Assembly: GCA_045643645.1 (NCBI GenBank)
Contig: JAZULF010000027.1
Coordinates: 8,894 to 72,893 of the forward strand
Origin: Oscillospiraceae bacterium
GTDB lineage: Bacteria; Bacillota; Clostridia; Oscillospirales; Oscillospiraceae
Direction of reading: 5' to 3'
Length of the DNA stretch: 64,000 nt
The notes beneath the pieces were generated by a model. The model made no database searches. It worked only from the letters and a program-made list of their open reading frames with translations, and had not been told where the DNA came from. The translations under genes were made by a program, and so were the position numbers. Below, piece by piece: positions 1 through 8,655 of this stretch (its first letter is position 1; each line of letters opens with the position of its first letter).

Positions 1-451
1 TGCCGATATTGCCGCCAAGATGAACTGTATAGCCCTGAGCCTTGAGAAGCTCGGAAATAATCGTGGTAGTTGTAGTTTTGCCGTCGCTTCCGGTTATTGC
101 AAGGATTTTGCAGGGGCAAAGTTTGAAGAAAACCTCCATTTCAGAGGTGACCTCACCGCCGCGCTCAGTTACTGCGACAAGGTGCTTATCAAACGGCATA
201 AGACCGGGAGTGCGGAAGACAACATCAAAGTCGAGATTAGCGAGATAGTCCTCACCAAGGCAGAACTTTGCGCCGAGTGCAAAAAGCTTCTCATAGTCCT
301 CGCCCAACTCGCCAGCGCTGCGCTTATCGCAGGCGGTTACATCGCATCCGCTATTAAGAAGCTTCTCAATAAGCGGCTTGTTGCTGACACCGATTCCGAT
401 AACACCGATGCGTTTGGACTTAATGCTGTCTATATATTCATATAAAGTCAT
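1..451 (-). CDS. murD: UDP-N-acetylmuramoylalanine--D-glutamate ligase MurD, N-terminal ~150 codons (gene continues past the left edge)
   Basis: Own minus-strand translation from ATG 451-449 (GGAGG 8 nt upstream) reads MTLYEYIDSIKSKRIGVIGIGVSNKPLIEK ... AITGSDGKTTTTTIISELLKAQGYTVHLGGNIG. This shows the Mur-ligase GSDGKTT P-loop and GGNIG. It is absent from the ORF track because there is no stop in the window; the + ORF 20..445 is its antisense shadow. Confidence 0.85.
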   Translation of the reverse strand, partial: MTLYEYIDSIKSKRIGVIGIGVSNKPLIEKLLNSGCDVTACDKRSAGELGEDYEKLFALGAKFCLGEDYLANLDFDVVFRTPGLMPFDKHLVAVTERGGEVTSEMEVFFKLCPCKILAITGSDGKTTTTTIISELLKAQGYTVHLGGNIG

Positions 452-514
452 AATTACTACCTCCATATCCAATTTATTATACGGCTAAATCGAAATAAAA
501 ACAAGAAAATTCTA

Positions 515-543
515 TTGACTTGAAGCGCTATGATGGTTAAAAT
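515..543 (+). promoter_or_regulatory. Candidate sigma-A promoter of rnpB (TTGACT-17 nt-TAAAAT)
   Basis: TTGACT at 515-520, exactly 17 nt spacer, TAAAAT at 538-543, ending ~5-8 nt before the predicted RNase P RNA 5' end. Confidence 0.45.
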
Positions 544-546
544 AAC

Positions 547-893
547 GAGTTGAGTGGGCCGAACGACCGCGGGCACATTCCGAAAGGAAGTGCGTGAGGA
601 AAGTCCGGGCTCCATAGGGCAAGGATAACGGGTAACGCCCGCCAGGGGTGACCCTCGGACAAGTGCAACAGAAATATACCGCCGAGCTTGCTCGGTAAGG
701 GTGGAAAAGTGAGGTAAGAGCTCACTCACCGGTCGGAGACGATTCGGTGCTGTAAACTCTATCCGGAGCAACACCGTGGGAGGACATATGATTGGCCCGA
801 TCGTCCTCGGGAGGTGGCTGAAGCCTGTCGGCAACGGCAGGATTAGATAGATGGTCGTTTAAGACAGAACCCGGCTTATAGACCCACTCATAA
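547..893 (+). ncRNA. rnpB: RNase P RNA (bacterial type-A-like)
   Basis: Universal P4/CR-I sequence GAGGAAAGTCCGGGCTCC at 596-613 and CR-V ACAGAACCCGGCTTA at 864-878. 5' TGAGTGGGCC pairs with 3' GACCCACTCA to close P1. Ends are approximate (+/- 5 nt). Confidence 0.9.
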
Positions 894-897
894 CATG

Positions 898-926
898 AAA
901 AAAACCGCCAATCGGCGGTTTTTTGT
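898..926. terminator. Bidirectional rho-independent terminator (rnpB on +, pepD on -)
   Basis: AAAAACCGCC-AATC-GGCGGTTTTTT: GC stem flanked by an A-run and a T-run. Confidence 0.6.
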
Positions 927-927
927 T

Positions 928-2373
928 TTATAGATTTTTCAGCAGCTCAAGTAGGAATTCCCACACTCTTTGAGTTGATTCTATATCGAGCTTTTCGCTG
1001 ACTGTATGGATATCCGGAATGTTCGGACCGAATGAAATGCAATCGAGATTGTCAATTTTGTCTGCAAACAGACCGCATTCAAGACCTGCGTGTATTACGG
1101 TAATCTCGGGCTTTGCTCCGTACAGCTTCTCGTATGCCTGAACGGCTTTTTCCCTTACGGGTGAGTTCTTAGAATATTCCCATGCGGGATACTTGCCGCC
1201 CGTGCTTGCCTTACCGCCGTTTGCAATAATTATAGTTGACAGCTTATCCGCCAACTCATCGCGTTCGGCAGAAACAGAGCTTCTTAAACAGAAGGTCATA
1301 TTTACGCAATCTTCAGATGTATCAACCACTCCGAAATTGAGCGAGGTCTGTACAAGACCTTCTATATCGCCTCTCATTTTCTGAACACCGTCGGGCATTT
1401 GCGCCATAGCCTTGATTATACCCGATGACGAAGCCTCGGAAGCTGCAATCATGCTCATATTTTCAAGGAATTCAATGCTGATTTTCAGTGCAGAATCAGT
1501 TTCGGCATATTTGTTGCGAGCGTTTGCCTCGAAGCTGTTTACAATGGCTTCGAGTTTTTCATAATCAGCGGAATTATAAGCAAAGACTGCCTTGCAGCTA
1601 TTTGCAATTGCGTTGTCCTTTTCACCGCCTGTGATGCTTACAAGTCGTATGCTTGCCTTATCAGAAAGCTCATATAGCAGCTTACCCATAAGAATATTGG
1701 CGTTTGCCCTGCCCTTATGGATTTCGTTGCCTGAATGACCGCCCGTAAGTCCGCTTATGGATATTTCCGCGCATTCAGAAGCTAACTTATCTGAGTTTAG
1801 AGGAAAGCTTCCGTAGACACGGATACCGCCTGCACAGCCGCAGGTGATTATGCCCTCCTCTTCGGAGTCAATATTGAGCATTGTTTTGCCGTTGAGCTTT
1901 GATACATCAATGAAATTTGCACCGTCCATACCGGTTTCTTCGTTGATTGTAAACACTGCTTCAATAGGCGGATGTGAAATTGAATCTGAATCAAGAATTG
2001 CCATTGCCATTGCAACTGCAATGCCGTCGTCAGCGCCGAGACTTGTACCATCTGCCCAAACGAATTTATCATCGTGGGAGAGTCTTAAGCCGTCTTTTTC
2101 AAGGTCAATATCGCAATCGGTTGTTTTGACCGTAACCATATCGATATGACCTTGGATGATTACCGGCTCGTGTGTCTCGTATCCAACAGTACCCTGCTTA
2201 TATATAATCACATTGCCGAGCTCGTCCTGCACATAGCGCAGCCCTCTTTCGCGCGCAAATTCGCAGCAGAGGTTGCTGATTTGGTCGGTGTTATCCGAGC
2301 CATGCGGCACGGAGGATATGTATTCAAAGAACTCAAATACCTTATTCGGATTCAAATTTGCTAATACTGACAT
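928..2373 (-). CDS. pepD: Aminoacyl-histidine (Xaa-His) dipeptidase, M20C family
   Basis: 481-aa ORF. N-terminus MSVLANLNPNKVFEFFEYISSVPHGSDNTDQISN and QGHIDMV fit the PepD pattern; GAGG upstream. Confidence 0.88.
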   Translation of the reverse strand: MSVLANLNPNKVFEFFEYISSVPHGSDNTDQISNLCCEFARERGLRYVQDELGNVIIYKQGTVGYETHEPVIIQGHIDMVTVKTTDCDIDLEKDGLRLSHDDKFVWADGTSLGADDGIAVAMAMAILDSDSISHPPIEAVFTINEETGMDGANFIDVSKLNGKTMLNIDSEEEGIITCGCAGGIRVYGSFPLNSDKLASECAEISISGLTGGHSGNEIHKGRANANILMGKLLYELSDKASIRLVSITGGEKDNAIANSCKAVFAYNSADYEKLEAIVNSFEANARNKYAETDSALKISIEFLENMSMIAASEASSSGIIKAMAQMPDGVQKMRGDIEGLVQTSLNFGVVDTSEDCVNMTFCLRSSVSAERDELADKLSTIIIANGGKASTGGKYPAWEYSKNSPVREKAVQAYEKLYGAKPEITVIHAGLECGLFADKIDNLDCISFGPNIPDIHTVSEKLDIESTQRVWEFLLELLKNL

Positions 2374-2379
2374 AATGCC

Positions 2380-2712
2380 TCATTCCCATTTAGACCAAAC
2401 CTCGGGCTTGTTACCCACGGTTGCCTGCTTGCCGTTGCGTACTATCGGAGTTTTAATGAGCCACGGACACTCAAAAAGCTTGTCCATTTTGGCTTCGTTA
2501 GATGCAAGATACTGTATCATGGGATAGTCAACATCCGAGGTGTTTATCATAGCATCAAGACCTACGGCATTCTTAACGGAGTTAAGCTCTCCCCTGCTCA
2601 TGCCGTATCTGTCGATATCAATGAACTGATATTTAATGCGCCTTTCCTTAAAATAGCGCTCGGCTTTCTTTGTGTCGAAGCATTTGCTTCTACCGAATAT
2701 CTGAATATTCAC
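2380..2712 (-). CDS. ArsC/Spx/YffB-family thioredoxin-fold protein
   Basis: 110 aa, MNIQIFGRSKCFDTKKAERYFKERRIKYQFIDI with a single N-terminal Cys. GTG start overlaps the upstream stop (GTGA); GGGAGGA RBS. Confidence 0.72.
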   Translation of the reverse strand: MNIQIFGRSKCFDTKKAERYFKERRIKYQFIDIDRYGMSRGELNSVKNAVGLDAMINTSDVDYPMIQYLASNEAKMDKLFECPWLIKTPIVRNGKQATVGNKPEVWSKWE

Positions 2713-3617
2713 AGCATCCTCCCGAATATTTCGTAAATATTGTTCCAGAATATGTCCTTAACCAGTTTTTCTGAGTAGTTTCGTTTCAGAAGTCCCTCAT
2801 ATAGATTGCCAAGGCATTCAACGCCCGACAAACCATCGGGGGTATCGTCAATTCCGTCAAAGTCGCAGCCGAGAAATACTGCCTTTTCGCCACCGAGTGC
2901 CATAAAATGCTCAATGTGAGCAATTGCGGCATCTACATTCCTGCCATGGTCAAGAAAGTCGGGACAGAAGTTTATTCCCGCACCTCCGCCAATTTTAACA
3001 AGAGCGGTAAACTGCCCGTCGGTCAAATTGCGTGGGAAGCCGCAAAGCGCCTTTGAGTTTGAATGACCTGCAATTACCGGCTTTTTGCACACCTCGAGCG
3101 TATCCCAAAAGCCCTTTTCGGATATGTGGGACATATCTAATGCAAAGCCCATGTCCTGTGCTTTCACAACAAATTCTCTGCCCTTTGCAGTAAGACCGCT
3201 GCCGCTGCCCATCACCGCACCGCAAAGCTCATTATCAAAATTCCATGTGATATGCAGTATTCTTGCACCATAATTATAAGCGCTTTCAAGTGAAGCAATC
3301 TGCTCACAGCCTTCGACGGATATCAAGGCGGCAATTTTGTTTTCGCTTATAGCGGTGTTTATATCATGAAAATTCAGACATAGCTTAACTATGTCTGAAT
3401 TTTCTTTTATTTGACGGTTGAGAAGCTCAAGCATTGCTGAGGCTTTTCCAATCGGATTATCAAGTGTTTCCGTACATACGGCAAACACCTGAGCTGCTTT
3501 TTCGTATTGCTTCAGCCTTGTCAGGTCAAGGTGAAAGCTGTTTTTACGCAGACTTCCGCCTTCCCACAAGCACCTTGCAATAGTATCGCAATGGCAGTCA
3601 AATACAGGAATACTCAT
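2709..3617 (-). CDS. Membrane (renal-type) dipeptidase, peptidase M19 family
   Basis: 302 aa; FDCHCDT near the N-terminus and AGHSNS motif. ATGA overlap with the rnj stop. Confidence 0.85.
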   Translation of the reverse strand: MSIPVFDCHCDTIARCLWEGGSLRKNSFHLDLTRLKQYEKAAQVFAVCTETLDNPIGKASAMLELLNRQIKENSDIVKLCLNFHDINTAISENKIAALISVEGCEQIASLESAYNYGARILHITWNFDNELCGAVMGSGSGLTAKGREFVVKAQDMGFALDMSHISEKGFWDTLEVCKKPVIAGHSNSKALCGFPRNLTDGQFTALVKIGGGAGINFCPDFLDHGRNVDAAIAHIEHFMALGGEKAVFLGCDFDGIDDTPDGLSGVECLGNLYEGLLKRNYSEKLVKDIFWNNIYEIFGRML

Positions 3618-5272
3618 ACTTCGGAAATAAGCGGCAGAATCATAGGACTGCGCTTTGTGGTCTTATACAGATAGGCGGAAACATTGCTCTTGATTCTGCT
3701 CTTGATTGCAGACCAATCCTTGATTCCGTTTTCCTCGCAGACGGCAACAGTTTCCTTTGTAACGCGCTTGAGTTCTTCGAGCATATCCTCGGCTTCCTTA
3801 ACATAGATAAAGCCGCGTGTGAGAATCTCAGGCTCAGAAAGAAGCGTGTTATCCCATGAGGACAAGGTGATTACGATAACTACCATGCCGTCCTCTGCAA
3901 GTCTGTGGCGGTCGCGCATGACAACGCTGCCGACATCACCGACACCCATACCGTCGACCATGATTGCACCGGACTGAACTGCGCCGTTGATTTTTGCACC
4001 CTTCTTGGAAAACTCAATAATCTTGCCGTTTTCAGCAATAACGATGTTCTTCGGCTCAATGCCCATCATTTTGCCGATTTCAGCATGCTTTACGAGCATA
4101 CGGTATTCACCGTGAACGGGAATGAAATACTTGGGCTTAACAAGTGCGAGCATAAGCTTCTGCTCCTCCTGAGACGCGTGACCGGATACATGCAGGTCGG
4201 TATGACGGTCGTAAATGACCTCTGCACCCTTGTGGAACAGCTCGTCGATTACCTTACTTATCATATTCTCGTTGCCGGGAATTGCAGATGCGGAAATGAT
4301 AACCCTATCACCTGCTTCAATGTTAATCTGTCGATGCTCGGAAAATGCCATTCTGTACAGAGCGGACATGGTTTCGCCCTGGCTGCCGGTTGAGATAATT
4401 ACAACCTTGTTCTTAGGCAGCTTGTTTACAAGATTAATATCAACCATAGTGTCCTCGGGAATTGTTAGATATCCGAGAACGGTTGCAACGCGAAGGATAT
4501 TCTCCATACTGCGTCCGGTGATGGCTACCTTGCGCTTATACTTTGCCGCAACATCGATTATCTGCTGCAATCTGTGGACATTTGATGCAAAGGTTGTGAT
4601 TATAATACGCTGGTCGCAGTTTTTGAACAGCATATCAAAGGTTTCACCGACCTTGCGCTCTGATGCGGAATGTCCGGGCTTCTCGACATTTGTAGAGTCG
4701 CTGAGAAGAGCGAGAACGCCCTCGTTGCCGAGCTGTCCGAGTCTGGGCAGGTCAATCATTTCTCCCTGAACGGGAGTTACATCTATCTTGAAGTCACCGG
4801 TGTGGACAATAGTTCCGAGCGGTGTTTTTATTGCGAGTGCAACTGCATCGGCAATGCTGTGGTTTACATTGATAAACTCAATGCTGAAGCAGCCGAGACG
4901 GAATACATCGCCTGCTTTCTTAGTGAAAATCTGCGTATTGTAAAGCATATCGTGCTCTTCAAGCTTTAGCTCAACAATAGCTGCGGTTAAAGGCGTAGCA
5001 TAAATGGGAACATCAAGCTCGCGCATAACATAAGGAATTGCGCCGATATGGTCCTCGTGTCCGTGTGTGAGTATTATGCCGCGAATTCTCTCGGCATTTG
5101 ATTTAAGATAGGAAATATCGGGAATTACTATATCAATTCCGTACATCTGCTCATCGGGAAAACCCAAACCGCAGTCAACAACGATAATATCAGTACCGCA
5201 TTCAAAAGCGGTCATGTTTTTGCCGATTTCACCTAAGCCGCCAAGTGGTATGATTTTGATTTTTGGTGTCAT
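3614..5272 (-). CDS. rnj: Ribonuclease J (metallo-beta-lactamase/beta-CASP)
   Basis: THGHEDHIG motif and ~550 aa RNase J architecture. Start placed at ATG 5272 (MTPKIKIIPLGGLGEIGKNM), which has GGAGG 5 nt upstream; the ORF-track start at 5329 has no RBS. Confidence 0.9.
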   Translation of the reverse strand: MTPKIKIIPLGGLGEIGKNMTAFECGTDIIVVDCGLGFPDEQMYGIDIVIPDISYLKSNAERIRGIILTHGHEDHIGAIPYVMRELDVPIYATPLTAAIVELKLEEHDMLYNTQIFTKKAGDVFRLGCFSIEFINVNHSIADAVALAIKTPLGTIVHTGDFKIDVTPVQGEMIDLPRLGQLGNEGVLALLSDSTNVEKPGHSASERKVGETFDMLFKNCDQRIIITTFASNVHRLQQIIDVAAKYKRKVAITGRSMENILRVATVLGYLTIPEDTMVDINLVNKLPKNKVVIISTGSQGETMSALYRMAFSEHRQINIEAGDRVIISASAIPGNENMISKVIDELFHKGAEVIYDRHTDLHVSGHASQEEQKLMLALVKPKYFIPVHGEYRMLVKHAEIGKMMGIEPKNIVIAENGKIIEFSKKGAKINGAVQSGAIMVDGMGVGDVGSVVMRDRHRLAEDGMVVIVITLSSWDNTLLSEPEILTRGFIYVKEAEDMLEELKRVTKETVAVCEENGIKDWSAIKSRIKSNVSAYLYKTTKRSPMILPLISEV

Positions 5273-5433
5273 GTTAACCTCCGTTCCAGATTCATTTTTC
5301 CGAAAATGCAAACAAAGGGGACCTCGCAACAGCCTGCCCTGAATCGCAGTCTGAAGCGTGGCAATCCCCCCACATATTCGGTATGTATATCTAAATAAAT
5401 TAATTAAGCTCTGAGTTAATTGTAGCCGTAAAA

Positions 5434-6039
5434 TTACATTTCAATTCTGCCTTCGATTGCGCGAAGCAGAGTTGCTTCGTCGGCAAATTCAAGATTTGAG
5501 CCGACGGGAATTCCATACGCAAGACGGGTAACCCTTACATCGAAGGGCTTAAGAAGTCTTGATATGTACATTGCGGTAGCATCGCCCTCTGTATCGGGGT
5601 TTGTTGCCATTATTATCTCGCTGATTTCACTGTCATCAGCAGAAACGCGCTTAACAAGCTCGTTGATTTTGATATCATCGGGACCTATGTGGCCTATCGG
5701 GGACAGTACGCCGTGCAATACATGGTATACGCCCTTGAATTCATGGCTTCTTTCAATGGAAAGCACATCACGCGGCTCGGATACTACACACACAGTGCTT
5801 TTATCGCGTCTGTCACTTGCACAAACAGAGCATACCTCACCCTCGGTGAGATTCTGGCAGATTTTGCAGCAGTTTACATGTGCCTTTGCCTCCATAATTG
5901 CTGATGCAAAGCTTTCAGCCTCGCCCTCGGGTAAGGAAAGCACATGAAAAGCAAGGCGCTGTGCGCTCTTTCTGCCTATACCGGGAAGTGATGCAAATTT
6001 ATCTATTAGGTTTTCAAGTGATGCGGGGAAAAAAGCCAT
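5434..6039 (-). CDS. recR: Recombination protein RecR
   Basis: 201 aa; HhH LPGIGRKSAQRLAFHVL, C4 zinc finger CCKICQNLTEGEVCSVC, Toprim C-terminal half. GGAG RBS. Confidence 0.95.
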   Translation of the reverse strand: MAFFPASLENLIDKFASLPGIGRKSAQRLAFHVLSLPEGEAESFASAIMEAKAHVNCCKICQNLTEGEVCSVCASDRRDKSTVCVVSEPRDVLSIERSHEFKGVYHVLHGVLSPIGHIGPDDIKINELVKRVSADDSEISEIIMATNPDTEGDATAMYISRLLKPFDVRVTRLAYGIPVGSNLEFADEATLLRAIEGRIEM

Positions 6040-6053
6040 CTGTATATCTCCAA

Positions 6054-6707
6054 TTAAGCGTTTCTTATTGCCTCAATCTGTGCGGCACGGTCTGCCTTGC
6101 CGAATACTGCGCTGCCTGCTACGAGGACATTTGCGCCTGCATCCTTGCAAAGCTTAGCGGTTACGGGGTCAACGCCGCCGTCAACCTCAAGCTCGCAGTC
6201 GAGACCTCTGCGGTCAATTTCCTCGCGGAACTGCTTGATTTTGGGCAGCTGGTCGTGCATAAAGCTCTGTCCGCCAAAGCCGGGCTCAACGGTCATAACA
6301 AGCACCATATCAAGTCTGTCGATAAACGGATAGATAGCTTCCGCGGGAGTCTTTGGCTTAACAGAAAGTCCGACCTTCTTACCGCAGGCTTTGACAATAT
6401 CAATAGCCTCGCTGATTTTTTCCTCTGTATCCGACTCTACATGGAACATAACAAGGTCAGCACCGGACTTGCAGAATACCTCGGCATATCTGACGGGTCG
6501 GTCAATCATAAGATGAACATCGAGGAACATATCAGTTGCTTTTCTGACGGATTTGAGAACGGGAACACCTATAGAAATATTCGGTACAAACTCTCCGTCC
6601 ATTACATCAAAATGTACATAATCAGCGCCGCCACGCTTAATATCCTCAATTTCTGCGCCGAGCTTAGAAAAATCAGCAGAAAGTATTGAAGGAGCAATCT
6701 TTATCAT
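6054..6707 (-). CDS. rpe: Ribulose-phosphate 3-epimerase
   Basis: PSILSADF and HFDVMDG motifs. Start set to ATG 6707 (MIKIAPSIL) ~8 nt after GAGG; the ORF-track start at 6737 is possible but lacks an RBS. Confidence 0.9.
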   Translation of the reverse strand: MIKIAPSILSADFSKLGAEIEDIKRGGADYVHFDVMDGEFVPNISIGVPVLKSVRKATDMFLDVHLMIDRPVRYAEVFCKSGADLVMFHVESDTEEKISEAIDIVKACGKKVGLSVKPKTPAEAIYPFIDRLDMVLVMTVEPGFGGQSFMHDQLPKIKQFREEIDRRGLDCELEVDGGVDPVTAKLCKDAGANVLVAGSAVFGKADRAAQIEAIRNA

Positions 6708-6827
6708 AACCATTAACCTCAGTTTGTTATGCAGCATAATATGATTCAGCGGGCAGGTGCGCGCCGCTGCTTTTATATAACGGGGGATGCCTTACGGGGT
6801 GTCCCCTGCTGCATATTATATGGAATT

Positions 6828-6856
6828 ATTATACTACACAATATATAGATTAGCAA
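6828..6856 (-). promoter_or_regulatory. Candidate sigma-A promoter upstream of the rpe leader (TTGCTA-17-TATAAT on minus strand)
   Basis: Minus strand: TTGCTA (6856-6851), 17-nt spacer, TATAAT (6833-6828). It sits directly after the upstream terminator. Confidence 0.4.
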
Positions 6857-6883
6857 GGGCATAGAATAATAATATATTGAGTG

Positions 6884-6916
6884 AAAAAAGCAGAAAAGCA
6901 TAAGCTTTTCTGCTTT
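6884..6916 (-). terminator. Rho-independent terminator after the ybaK-like gene
   Basis: Minus strand reads AGCAGAAAAGC-TTAT-GCTTTTCTGCT followed by TTTTTT. Confidence 0.65.
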
Positions 6917-6922
6917 AAAAGT

Positions 6923-7402
6923 TTATACCTGTTCCTCGGGGAGCTTGCAAACATCAATCCACTCAATTGCGTTTGAGTACTTGAAAAGCTCATTAAGATT
7001 AAGCTCAATTGCGCTGTTTCCGCTACCAACTGCGGGGAAAACGGTAACAAAACGCTTGAGGCTTTCGTCAAGATATACATCGATTCCGTCGTTAATTCCG
7101 AACGGGCAGACTCCGCCTACGGGATGACCGACAAGCTCAAGAACCTCTTCGGGTGAAGGCATCTTTGCCTTCATGTGGAATTTGTCCTTGAATTTGCGGT
7201 TATCTATGCGTGCGTCGCCTGCTGCAAGGATAAGAATGCAGCTATCGTCCTTTTTAAACGAAAGAGTCTTTGCTATTCTTGCGCCTTCAACTCCGAGCGC
7301 AAGCGCAGCAAGCTCAACAGTTGCGCTGGAAACGGTGAATTCCTGCACTCTGTCCTCCATACCGAACTGTCTGAAATATTCTCTTCCCTTTTCTATTGAC
7401 AT
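6923..7402 (-). CDS. YbaK/ProX-type aminoacyl-tRNA trans-editing domain protein
   Basis: 159 aa; ...AKTLSFKKDDSCILILAAGDARIDNRKFK...ELVGHPVGGVCPFG... is typical of the YbaK/prolyl-tRNA-synthetase-associated domain. AGGTGA RBS. Confidence 0.78.
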   Translation of the reverse strand: MSIEKGREYFRQFGMEDRVQEFTVSSATVELAALALGVEGARIAKTLSFKKDDSCILILAAGDARIDNRKFKDKFHMKAKMPSPEEVLELVGHPVGGVCPFGINDGIDVYLDESLKRFVTVFPAVGSGNSAIELNLNELFKYSNAIEWIDVCKLPEEQV

Positions 7403-7415
7403 TTAAATCACCTGA

Positions 7416-8639
7416 TTATTTGAGTATGAGTCTGTTGAAGTTCTTCTTACCGCGCTTGAGAACTATGCCGTTTTTAAGCTCATCTGCGGTAAATGCCTTT
7501 GAGATATCTGCAACCTTTGCATCGTCTGCAGATGCGCCGCCCTGCAGAATGTTGCGGCGTGCCTCGGACTTGGATGCGCAAAGGCCGGTCTTGACAAGTG
7601 CGGTCATAATATCCATTGCGCCGTCAACGAGGTCAGCCTCGGTAATCTCGGTGCAAGGCATATTCTCATTGTTGCCTGCGCCGCCGAAGAGCGCCTTTGC
7701 GGATGCTTCTGCCTTCTTTGCCTCTTCTTCGCCGTGTACAAGAGCGGTAAGCTCGAATGCGAGGATTTCCTTTGCCTTGTTCAGCTGGCTGCCTTCCCAG
7801 GAGTCCATCTCGTCTATCTGCTCAAGAGGCAGGAAGGTCAGCATACGGATGCACTTGAGTACATCTGCATCGCCGACATTGCGCCAATACTGATAGAACT
7901 CGAAGGGGCTTGTCTTATTGGGGTCAAGCCATACAGCACCGGATGCGGTCTTACCCATCTTCTTGCCCTCGGAATTGAGGAGCAGAGTGATAGTCATTGC
8001 GTGTGCGTCCTTGCCGAGCTTGCGGCGAATAAGCTCGGTACCGCCGAGCATATTGCTCCACTGGTCGTTGCCGCCAAACTGCATATTGCAGCCGTAGTGC
8101 TGGAACATGTAGTAGAAGTCATAGCTCTGCATAATCATGTAGTTGAACTCGAGGAAGCTAAGACCCTTTTCCATACGCTGCTTGTAGCATTCAGCGCGGA
8201 GCATATTGTTTACGGAGAAGCATGCGCCGACATCACGCAGAACCTCAATATAGTTGAGGGGCTTGAGCCATGCGGAGTTGCGGAGCATAAGTGCCTTGCC
8301 TTCGCCGAAGTCGATGAACTTTTCCATCTGACGCTTGAAGCACTCTGCATTGTGCTGAATTGTCTCCTCGGTAAGCATCTGACGCATATCGGTACGGCCG
8401 GAGGGGTCGCCGATAAGAGTGGTTCCATCACCGATAAGGGCGATAGGCTTATTGCCTGCCATCTGCAGACGCTTCATAAGGCAAAGTGCCATGAAATGAC
8501 CTACATGGAGAGAGTCAGCAGTACAGTCAAAGCCGATATAGAAGGTAGCTTTGCCGTTATTGACCATTTCTCTGATTTCGTCTTCGTTAGTAACCTGTGC
8601 AATTAGACCACGGGCAACCAGTTCTTCATAAATTCCCAT
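7416..8639 (-). CDS. tyrS: Tyrosine--tRNA ligase
   Basis: HIGH-type motif (SLHVGHFM), KMSKS-type motif (KKMGKTASG) and a C-terminal S4-like domain. Start at ATG 8639 (MGIYEELVARGLIAQVT) with AGGAG 8 nt upstream. Confidence 0.93.
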   Translation of the reverse strand: MGIYEELVARGLIAQVTNEDEIREMVNNGKATFYIGFDCTADSLHVGHFMALCLMKRLQMAGNKPIALIGDGTTLIGDPSGRTDMRQMLTEETIQHNAECFKRQMEKFIDFGEGKALMLRNSAWLKPLNYIEVLRDVGACFSVNNMLRAECYKQRMEKGLSFLEFNYMIMQSYDFYYMFQHYGCNMQFGGNDQWSNMLGGTELIRRKLGKDAHAMTITLLLNSEGKKMGKTASGAVWLDPNKTSPFEFYQYWRNVGDADVLKCIRMLTFLPLEQIDEMDSWEGSQLNKAKEILAFELTALVHGEEEAKKAEASAKALFGGAGNNENMPCTEITEADLVDGAMDIMTALVKTGLCASKSEARRNILQGGASADDAKVADISKAFTADELKNGIVLKRGKKNFNRLILK

Positions 8640-8655
8640 TGTATTTTCTCCTGAT

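Noticed and set aside
20-445. 141-aa + strand ORF at the left edge
   Set aside because: It lies exactly antisense to a minus-strand reading frame with unmistakable MurD motifs (GSDGKTT, GGNIG) and its own GGAGG-ATG start. It is a shadow ORF.
457-834. 125-aa and 62-aa minus-strand ORFs
   Set aside because: They lie entirely inside the RNase P RNA gene (universal GAGGAAAGTCCGGGCTCC and ACAGAACCCGGCTTA on the + strand). They have no RBS and low-complexity translations.
5273-5329. 19-codon N-terminal extension of RNase J given by the ORF track
   Set aside because: The extension has no RBS. The internal ATG at 5272 has GGAGG at optimal spacing and begins the conserved MTPKIKIIPLGG N-terminus.
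5898-6689. 263-aa + ORF across the recR/rpe junction; also long antisense ORFs at 7734-8606 (tyrS), 46902-47714 (uvrB) and 49647-50456 (SLH-lipase gene)
   Set aside because: All lie antisense to genes with clear family signatures. None has an RBS or a recognisable motif. They are treated as codon-bias shadows rather than overlapping genes.
8640-8655. Expected a T-box leader upstream of tyrS
   Set aside because: Only 16 nt separate the tyrS start from the upstream C_GCAxxG_C_C gene stop, so there is no room for a T-box. tyrS appears to be co-transcribed with upstream genes.
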